NCBI RefSeq assembly: GCF_006345805.1
Contig: NC_042997.1
Location: 83,762,001 to 83,826,000, forward strand
DNA length: 64,000 nt
Reading direction: 5' to 3'
Source: Octopus sinensis
Lineage: Eukaryota
Each line of letters begins with the position of its first letter. Within the stretch, counting starts at the first letter, position 1. This document shows positions 26,011-35,538 of this stretch, piece after piece. The position numbers and the translations under genes are program-made. The notes beneath the pieces were generated by a model. It was given only the letters and a program-made list of their open reading frames with translations. It was not told where the DNA came from and searched no databases.

Positions 26011-28169
26011 GGAGGGTGGGGGAGAGAGAGAGAGGGTGGGGGAGAGAAGTTTCTCTTGAAGCAATTGTTATCAAGTCCTAACTCTCATAGTATGTAGATA
26101 TAAGATGCTTTGTGTTTCAATGTGGCTGAATCAATGATTGAGCTATGGAATGGATGGCTATGTCATTTTCAAGGTGGAAAATGTCAATGTGAAATTTAGG
26201 ATTTAGCCATTACAGTTCTCATTTTTTTTTTATGCCAGTTGGTTAAGGGGAGAAGAGATAGTACTTATGACACTTGCAGGTATTCCGTTAATAGTGATCC
26301 TGATACTCAGAGCAAACATCTACAGGGAAAATGCAAGTGGAGAGGAAACTGAATTTGAGCTGAATGCTACTAGGATCAGGTGGAGGTCTTGAAGCAGATG
26401 GTGTGTGGATGGCCTACTAGCTAGATATAGCAGAGATTTCATTGATAGAGATATAATTGTTTCATTGAATGAATTAAGAAACTATCTCAAAACGCGTTCA
26501 CAGGTTATTGCTCAGGTGACATTCCAAATGTGTATATTCTTTTTAATATTTTGCAGGTGTCCTAAGAATTTAGACTCATGCTTTGTGTCACTAGGTTGAT
26601 TTTAAATGTTGTTGCTATGCTCACATGCCACAGCAATGGAACTTACATCCAAACCACTCAGCTCATATAAAATCATGACTTTTCAGCATTGAACAAGTGC
26701 AATATGTCCCTTCTCTTTCCACTCCTTCTTTTCAGTGTCATTATTTTCATTTGATATACGAAGCCTGGCAAGCATATGTGGGTTAAAACTAAATTGTTAG
26801 CTCAACATGCAAGCTATGTTTACATAAATTTTTGCATTAGGCATGTCATCCTAAACGTTAAGGATTCTAATTGTCATATTCCTATTTGCGAAAAATGACT
26901 GGGTCGTACTGCTACAAGGTATTCTATATCCAATTTGCAAGTAAAATAACTACAGAGACATCATCATCAACATTCTCATTTAATGTCTGTTTTCCATGCT
27001 GGCATGGGTTGGCCAGTTTGACAGGAACTGGCAAATAAGAGGATTGTACCAAGTTCTACTGTCTGCTTTGACACGTTTTCTATAGCTGGATGACCTGCCA
27101 ACCACTTTAGAGAGTGTACTGGGTGCTCATTATGTTGCACCAGCAGCTGTGAGGTCACCAAGTAGCTGGCAAGACAAAACCTCTTGACTGAACGGGGGAG
27201 TAGTACTGGAAACAGAAAAAGGTTTTCTTGCAGCAGAGAAGAAAGATAGTTGCATCAGATGGAGAGAGAGTGGAGAGTGGGAAAGTAGAGAAGAGAGAGA
27301 AAAGATGGTGAAGATGAGATGGTGGAGTGGGGGGGGGCATGCCGTAAGTTACATGATGGTGTATACAGTGAAGTGGACTAGGGGCTGGAGAGGGTGAGAA
27401 GAGGAGTTCATGAGATTGCAGAAGAAGTGTAGGAGATGAAGGGTGGATGTAGTGAGTGGGCACAGATAGAGGGAAGGAGTGTTAGGAGAGGATATGTTGT
27501 GGGAAACAGATTTGACAGGGACAAATTGTGAGCAGGTAGGTTTGTAAGAGTGAATGGAAGATAGAGAGGAGGGGAGGGGAAGACAGTGGATGGTGCGCAT
27601 GGGTAGAGATAAGGGGGAGGTATTGCAAAGATGGGTTGTTGGGGGAGAGAATTTGTCAGCCAGTTTCTGTGAATAGCTTTGTAGGTTGAATGTTAAAATG
27701 AACAAATTCTAAAACAGGATAATTTAAGATTTAAAAAAGAAAAAAGGTAAAATAGGCAAAACTAAGTGTAATATTTCTAGAATTCCTTCCAGTATTTAGT
27801 TTAGCTCATATGATATCAATAATATAAAAGTGTGCTGAAAGCTAAGGTCTTAACAATTTGAATGAATAAACAAATTCTTCTCCATTTCTTTCTTTTCGTG
27901 CTTCCTCCAATCTACATTTTCTCTGAGTAGCATGTCTCCCAATTCCATACTTGCCACGGATGTTTACAAAGATTGACATTTTGGATTCCAGTCAGAGACA
28001 ATATAACTTTCTTCAGAGTGAGTAACTTTACGGAATTAACCCTGTTAAACTGTCTGGAGTCTAAATAACACACACACACACACAAACACACTCAGACATA
28101 TACATATATATATATATGCATATACATAACTATATTAGTGCATATCATCATCATCATTTAATGTCCGTG

Positions 28170-28832
28170 TTGAGGCACAAAATGCTTTATGAGTACAAAA
28201 AAGAGGAAACTGTGTAGCTGAAGTGACTAGAAACACACAGGAAAGAATTCTTGAATGAAAGAATTTGCAGAAGATGGTTTGCAAAATTCAGAAGTGAAGA
28301 TTTCAGCTTTGAAGATGAAGATCAAACAGGATGTCTAGTTGAGTTTGATGATAAAATCCTTGAGGCATTACTAAGAAAATCCTGCATTATCAGTTGAAGA
28401 ATTGGCAATAAAGCTTAGTTGAAACCATACAACTGTTCATCGTCAGCTTCAACATGTTAGAAGGGTTCCTAAACTTGGAAAATGGGTGCCTTATGAATTG
28501 TCCGAAAGCAACTGCAAATCCTGAATTAACATTTGCTCTTCTCTCCATTCTCGTGAACTCATTTCACACTTTTTGGATATACTTGTGACTGGTGATGAAA
28601 AATGGATCTTCTATCGAAATGTTAAATGTCATAAAACAGTGGTTTGGTAAAAGGGAAAAAGCTCAACCACAACCAAGAAGGGAACTTCATGGGAAAAAAG
28701 TTCTTCTCCCTATCTGGTGGGATTGCAAAGGAGGAATTCACTTTGAATTGTTACCACCTAATGCAACAATCAATGCTCAACTCTACTGTCAGCAATTAGA
28801 GCATTTGAAGCAAGCTTTGAAGAAAAAAAGAC

Positions 28833-28835
<3 letters not shown>
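28170..28835 (+). pseudogene. Mariner transposase relic, 3'-truncated by a TA microsatellite
   Basis: RRWFAKFRS..ED..WVPYEL..LVTGDEKWIFY..HGKKVLLPIWWDCKG..FELL..TINAQLYCQQL; stops and frameshifts. Confidence 0.92.
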
Positions 28836-28875
<40 letters not shown>

Positions 28876-29342
28876 TATATATATAAATAGACATATATAA
28901 ACACATGCACCTATACACACACGCACACACACACACACCTATACACACACACACACATATATATATATACATATATATAAGAGTATTGTAGTTCGCTTGA
29001 AGCATTGTGTATTGTTTGTAAAGAATAAAATGTTTTGAATGGTACAACAATGCACTATAATACTGACAATGGGCTATATACCTGTTGTAATTTAGTCATC
29101 CATAGTCTGATATGATATTTCGGAATAATATTCTTTTTTCTTCATGAGAAGCATGTGAAGTCTGTCACGTCTGAATCTTGTGTGTGCTGGTACATCCGTA
29201 GTGCTGCTTCTAAGTTACGTATTAGACGTGCAGGTACCTTTTTTCCCTCTCTTCCTTTTTGTTTCTCTTCTCTTCATTTTTTTTTGTTATAAACTACAGA
29301 TGAGCATATTATAAAAATGAACCTACATGCATCTAGATATAT

Positions 29343-29800
29343 CTAAATAATGCATAGATTACAAACCTCCAGCCTGTTGTTAATTTGGGGCCCTAGTCTG
29401 TGTATGAGTATAGCTTCCTTAATTCTTAAATTACCCAAATTTCTTTCATTGGCCTCATTGTGACTGTTATGCTTTTGCCGGTGTTCTGGCATCTGTCTAG
29501 ATGTTTTCTGAAGGAGGAAGCTCTCGTGTTCAGATGTTCTTTGATGCGGACATGTAACGGTCTTGTTGTGCCACCCACATAGAACTTGTTGCATTTGTTA
29601 CGTTGTATTCTATACACAACATTAACCCGCTGGCATAAATCTGTGTCATGGATGGGACAGTTTGTTAGTGTACATTGATTGCTGTCCCTTGTTCGTTTCT
29701 TAGTGAGGTGTCCTCTCAGAGAGGGGCCAGAGTGGGCTAGTTGTATGTCTAGCCTTTCACTTCTTATGGCTCTTCAGATGGCTGTAGTTATCCTCTCGCT
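29343..29800 (-). pseudogene. Penelope-like element fragment: Cys linker plus GIY-YIG endonuclease (Penelope/Poseidon-like)
   Basis: CTLTNCPIHDTDLCQRVNVVYRIQ..CNKFYVGGTTRPLHVRIKEH..(frameshift)..LRIKEAILIH.LGPQINNR. Confidence 0.88.
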
Positions 29801-29886
29801 AAAATATATATATGTATATATATGTATATATCTACACACACACACATATATATATAAATATACATATATATAAATTAAAATTGATA

Positions 29887-30239
29887 TTACTATTAGTTAT
29901 CTTATTTTTAGTGTAACTATCTTTGAAAGACATAGATTTATCTTTAGAACAAAAATAGGGGATTAAATAAGGGTTATTTCCCTTCCTCTATTTGGTGTTG
30001 GCGTATAAATTAAAATTGATCTTGTTTATATCCTTACAACTAGATTTCATATCTCCACTAGTAAAGGTAGAATAAGATTGAATGGAATTAATGTAGGTAA
30101 ACGATATCAATTTTAATTCATATGCCAACATGAATCAGAGGAAGGAAGATAACTCTTATTTAATCCCCTATTTTCATTCTAAAGGTAAATTGATGTCTTT
30201 TAAAGATAGTTACACTAAAAATAAGGTAACTAATTGTAA
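29887..30239. repeat. Inverted duplication (arms 29887-30028 and 30098-30239) at the 5' end of a PLE fragment
   Basis: TTAGTTATCTTATTTTTAGTGTAACTATCTTT..GGGGATTAAATAAG..TGTTGGC is mirrored on the right arm. Confidence 0.88.
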
Positions 30240-30720
30240 AACCATTTGGTTAATTATTCCTTATGGGAGGCAAATTAAATTTAATCTTCCTTTGCAGTTT
30301 CACGAAGCTATTATTTGGAATTTTCCAAAGAATTCTAGGTATAACTCTATTATCAACTCACAGTTAGGATTGTTTTTTTCCAACACAAATATATTACAAA
30401 TTATCTCTTCACATAATATTAGCCTGTTAAATAGTGATACATTTACTAATACTAACATTAATTTAGCTAATACCATCCATCTTCCTAGAAATATTAATAA
30501 CAAGGTTATTGTATCTTTAGTCAATTACAACAGAATCAAATTTATGTCAAGTAACTCTAAAATTAAGAATTCTATATACCAGTGTAAAATTACTTCTGGT
30601 AATGAAGTATTCTTTTACATAGGCAGCTCATCTTCTCAGTTATCTAAAAGAATTTCTAATCATTACTCTACATTTAGGGATAGGAATAAATCTAACAGTA
30701 CAAATGGAAAAACAAGAAAA
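30200..30720 (+). pseudogene. Second Penelope-like fragment (Neptune-like linker plus GIY-YIG)
   Basis: IWLIIPY..NFPKNSRYNSIIN..NILQIISSHN..NSIYQCKI..FYIGSSSSQLSKRISNHYSTFR..NST, within ORF 30130-30822. Confidence 0.75.
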
Positions 30721-31610
30721 GAATTTCCAGAACAGATATTGAAATATAATAGACAGAAACTCATACATTCCATGTCAGATCTGTATTTGCTAGTATCCAT
30801 TACTTTAAAGAAATTTCTTTAAAATGTTTAGACATTGGAAAATTTAGCAAAACTTATGAAAATGAACCTTTGTTAGCAAATATAATCTACATACAGTTTG
30901 CAAAGCTCATCACCTTTAGCAACACTAACCTTAGTAAGGGAGACTAAGTTTTGTGAGCAAAATAAATCTTTAATTACAATATTCACATTACTGTGTCAAA
31001 TGTAATGTTTATAGGGCATTCATCCTAAGAATAGACAATGGAGTTTGGTACAGGCCCCTGGCCTTAACAGTTCCAGTCAAATTCTCCAACCCATGCCAGT
31101 AGGGAAAATGGACATTAGATGATAATGATGATGATTATCTTCAACCGATCCTTTATCATCTTGTCGTGTTGATGTTTGAATGATGTGATTGTATATTTTC
31201 AAAATGACATTGTAGGGTAGGTGTGAGAGGTAGGATCTGGGCTGGATATGGCCAGATTAAATGCTTAAGGGTTAAATTAGTCAAGCAGAGAAAAATTAAC
31301 CTCATGGGGCTTTATTTCAAAGCATATAGTAATTATATAAATCACTCCAGATATTTATTTCTAACCCAATTCTGTATTAGTACTCCACTAATTTTTAGCA
31401 AACACATTTACTTTGTACCATTATGTGAATCAGCTGTGCCAAGGTACATATTTCTTTTAATATACATTCTTTTGCTACATAAGCTTGGCATCAATGAAAA
31501 GAAGTCAGCAGATCCTGGTGAACTGTTAAATAACAATGAAAGCAGTGCAGTTTAATATCCTATGCCACTGAAAAAGCCCTTATTGGAACTAATTTCACAG
31601 CAATGCAAAG

Positions 31611-32140
31611 TGGAATGGCTGCAAATTTACCAAGGTGCCAAGGACTCTTTCCCATCCCAGTTATGAAAAAACCAGACATTATAATGTGGTGAATCTAATC
31701 AAGTTAACAATTCCTATGAAGATAACATGGACACCAATCGGGCCCAAAAGATTGACCATTATGTAAAACTCCTGGAGGAATGTGAAGATGCAGGCTGGAA
31801 AGTGGAGCATTTTCCAAGCGGATTTGTTGGAGACAGTGTGAGGCAACTGTTGCTATCATCAGGTCTAGCACATCGGAAAGTAAATACTACCATGAACGAT
31901 ATCCAAACTACAGTGGAAAAGGCTAGCCACTTGATTTGGTTAAAAAGAGATGATGAGCAATGGCTAGAAGAATATTGAGCTTTATTTGATAACCAGCTGA
32001 TCTAGCAAGTGGGGCCTCATATCAGTGAGGGGGGGGGGCAGTGTGCAATGATGCTGTTGAGAGGTAGGCCCCAAAATGGCATGCATTCTCTCCTGATGAC
32101 CCCCTACACTTGCTGGCTTCCAGTATGCAGAGCTTTCGAC
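31611..32140 (+). pseudogene. HERO/NeSL-type non-LTR retrotransposon 3' end (restriction-like endonuclease plus 3' UTR)
   Basis: KPDIIMW..LTIPYEDNM..K..Y..L.EEC..AGWK..GFVG..VEKASHLIWLKR; stop at 31978. Confidence 0.85.
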
Positions 32141-32949
32141 TGGTAGCACTTGCATGTGCAAGTTGTTTGCAAAACATCTATGTATGTGTAGATAGTTATT
32201 CACAAGGTCTTATTCATCAAATTAATAGCTGTTGGTGTTGTTGCTAAAGCTCAGCTCATCTCTGCTGGAACATAGCTACAACTAATGGTATTCCAGTGGG
32301 GACCATCCCACCATTTAGTACTACTCCATTATCTAGTGTAGCTATGCATGTTTCCTTTCTTTCTTTTAAGACAAAATAGTGTGATTTGAGAGGGACTTAA
32401 CTATTGCTACCAGGATGAGCAACTGCATACAGGCTCCCTCAATAGCTCATAATCAATTTAGTTTAACCATATCTGGCCCAAATATTCTTATTTTATGTTC
32501 AAACTGGCCAAATTTGGCCTCTCGCACCTACTCTACAGTGTCATTTACAAATAAACACTCACATCATCAAAATCTCAAAGCTATGAGATAATGCTTGATT
32601 AATTCAAAATGATGTGAATAAATAAGCTCTACATTTAATAGAATAATCTGAATGCTAAAGGGTTAATAATGTTAAGCAAACCAAAGTAGTTAACTTTATT
32701 AATAAATCAATTTAGTTTACTTCATCATCTCCACTACCTTCTTCCTCGTCATTATCATCTTCCTTGCCACCAGGCAAACGAGGGTTTTTTGGTGTTGGTA
32801 GTTATTGTAAAACACAACTGAGAAACATCTAACCACAGTTAGTCCTCTTTAATATTAGCTAGCCTCTTTATACAATTAAAATTTAGCCACCTGCCCTAAT
32901 GCTGTCAGATCTTCCACGTCACACACATGCATACATAGAAACACCTAAG

Positions 32950-33165
32950 AATCATTTCTGCAATAGGCACAAGGTCTGAAATTTTCAGGGAAAGGGCTAG
33001 TTGAATACATTGACTCCAGTGCTCAATTGGCACTTATTTTATTGACTGCAAAGGATGAAAGGCAAAGTTGACCTCAGTGGAATTTGAACTCAGAACATAA
33101 AGATGGATGAAATGCTACTAAGCATTTTGTCTGGCATACTAACAATTCAACCAGCTTGCTGCCTT
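32950..33165 (-). mobile_element. SINE family B
   Basis: Reverse complement of family B. Confidence 0.85.
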
Positions 33166-33227
33166 AATACAAACACCTGATAATAAACACATTTTCAGTA
33201 ACAAAGACAGAATACGAGGTCTTGATT

Positions 33228-33453
33228 CAGTTCTATATTTAAGAGATGAGGAATTATGTACGTTATTTACTTTATTTACATTATTTACATACAAAGGATA
33301 TTTTATCTTGTTTGTTGTTAACACAACGTTTCAGCTGTACCCTCCAGCCTTCTTCAGGTGTCTTGGGGAAATTTTGAACCTGGGTCCTCATTCCTAAGGT
33401 ATTTTTCGATGTTATTATTATTATTATTATTATATTATTATTATTATTATTAC

Positions 33454-33491
<38 letters not shown>

Positions 33492-33664
33492 TCACTGCCT
33501 AGAATCGAACTCGGAATCTTGGGGTTAGTAGCCCACGTTTTTAACCACTATGCCATATGCCTGTGGGCAAGACACCTGAAGAATGCTGGAGGGTATATCA
33601 GCCGAAATGTGTTAACAACAAACAAGATGAAGACAAATATCCGTAGAATGTAAATAAAGTAAAT
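33228..33664 (-). mobile_element. tRNA-headed non-autonomous element with hammerhead tail and inverted tail copy, flanked by a 12-bp TSD
   Basis: Minus-strand tRNA-like head 33561-33490 (TGGCATAGTGG, GAGTTCGATTC), (AAT)n, hammerhead 33362-33320; inverted tail copy 33568-33664; GAG(G/A)TCTTGATT at 33216-27 and 33665-76. Confidence 0.8.
33320..33362 (-). ncRNA. Minimal type I hammerhead ribozyme
   Basis: GACAC-CTGAAGA-A-GGCTG(gagggta)CAGCT-GAAA-CG-TT-GTGTT; palindromic AACGTT replaces helix III. Confidence 0.7.
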
Positions 33665-34550
33665 GAGATCTTGATTGTTGTACATGTAGCAGAAGTTAAA
33701 ATTGGTGAGGGGGTGGGGAACTTAGTGGTTTTTTCCTGTGATTGTTTATCCTCTGGTCAGTCCTAATTGAGCAGACCTATGATTAAAAGCCCTCTGACCA
33801 CATTAATGTGTCCTTCCTATTTTTAAGATCGCAGGATATGATTTGAGGTTATTTTGCTGCTCTTTCTATTTTAGCTCATATGATTTCAATAATACAAAAT
33901 TGTTGCTGAAAGCCTCAACAATTTGAGAGAATAAATTCTTTTTCTTTTCTTTCTTTAATATTTCCCTCACTCCTAATTTCATTCCTACCACAGATGATGA
34001 TGATGATGATGTTTATGATGACAATTTTGATGCTGACAGAGCAATACTGCTTCAGTTAGTGGCAAGCAGCCAAATGAGATAGCAGCAGTTAACATCAATA
34101 AATGCTGCTCAGAATAGACTAACTGATAAAGAGACAAGTTATTATTTGTTCCGTACATTAAAGTTCCAATAGCATGTAGATTAACGACATGTATTGTCCT
34201 TAAACAGTGATACATTAATGGCCATATTGATGAGCCCAGGATAGCAATTCAAGTGTACATAGTATCTATCTAGAGATTACTAGCCAGAAACAAACATGGG
34301 ATTAAACTTCTAAGAGTTCATTGATGCAAATACTCTAGTTAATATTTATTGATTTTAGTGTTACGTCTATTTCTTTTCCTCTCTTTATTATTATGGGTTG
34401 CAGAACTGAGTAAATTTGGATGAATATATGAAACACTGGGGTGGGATGACACTCCACCTATATACACTAACTCTACCTACAACAAAGCAAGCAATACATG
34501 CAGTTCTTCATTCTTGGGACCCTATGGCATTTCTATATTGCTTATGTGAG

Positions 34551-34850
34551 ATGTGTGGCTTAGTGGTTATGGGATTCAGACTGTAAGGTCATGAGTTTGA
34601 TTCCTGGTGGTGCATTGCATCCTTGAGCAAGACACTTTATTTCACACTATTCCAGTCCACTCAGCAGTATCTGGATTTCAAAGGACCAGCCTTGTCACAT
34701 TCTGTGTCATATAGAATCTCCCTGAGAACTACATCAGGGGCACACATGTCTGTGGAATGCTCAGCCACATGTACATTAGTTTCATGAGCAGGCTGTTCCA
34801 TTGATCAGATCTTCTGGATTCCTTGTTGTTGTAACCGACAGAGTACCAGA
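34551..34850 (+). mobile_element. Shared-head tRNA SINE, tail type a
   Basis: Homologous to 62-350. Confidence 0.8.
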
Positions 34851-35280
34851 ATGTTATTTTGCTGCTGTTAACAAAGATGTGCCTATTTACCAACCTTTAA
34901 CATTGCTATACCAATATAAGTTTACTATGATTTTAATGTAAATGATATCAGACATGAGTGTAGGCATTGTGTGGATAGATACACGTATGGCTGAAGACAA
35001 TATATTTGTATGTTGATGCTAAGGGCAGTAACTCTGAGTGAGTCATTGTGATAGCAATAATGTTTCTACTTTCATAACAACCAATGTTAATTCTTCTTTA
35101 AGTTTGAAAGCGGAGTCAACACAAGAAATCTCCCTGAGAACAATGTTAAGGGTACACGTGTCCGTGGATGCTCAGCTACATGCATGTTAATTTCATGACC
35201 AGACTGTTTTGTTGATCAGATCAACTGGAATCTTCATCGTCATGCCTAATAGTGTTCCAGTTTAGTTAGTAAAATCAATA

Positions 35281-35538
35281 AAAGTACTACAGTGAACTTG
35301 TCCTGTTGAGTGGAAAATCCAATATTTTGGACAGAGTCCTTCTTCAGGCAAAAGCTGAAAGGAGAGAAATTAATGAGAGACAGTAGGGTTTTAAATCTTC
35401 TCAATTGCTGTCAATTTTTTTTATCTTAGAGGATGCTGTCTTTCATTAATTTCTCTCTTTTCAACATTTTCTCTGAAGAGGGACTGTGTACAAAACATTG
35501 GATTTTCCACTTCCCATGCCAAGTTCACAATATTCTTT
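35281..35538. repeat. ~260-bp imperfect palindrome with decayed hammerhead cores in both arms
   Basis: Arms GTGAACTTG..AGTGGAAAATCCAAT..TTAATGA(G/A)AGACAG; cores CTGAAGA-(A/G)GGAC(tct/tgt)GT(C/A)C-AAAA-(T/C)ATT-GGA. Confidence 0.8.

Noticed and set aside
27801-27845. ATGAT...CTGA with AGCT terminal stem as a C/D snoRNA or SECIS
   Set aside because: Only ~45 nt, box C is imperfect, and the 3' arm is too short for a SECIS.
30130-30822. 230-aa ORF as a host gene
   Set aside because: The N-terminus lies in an inverted duplication and the rest is a decayed PLE linker/GIY-YIG.
32040-32105. CTGATGA in the HERO 3' UTR as a hammerhead
   Set aside because: No correctly placed GAAA/UH, and CTGATGA is paired within the long stem.
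33490-33561. Functional tRNA gene
   Set aside because: Acceptor stem and cloverleaf are imperfect and it is embedded in a TSD-flanked element; it is a SINE-type head. The same holds for the other A/B-box heads.
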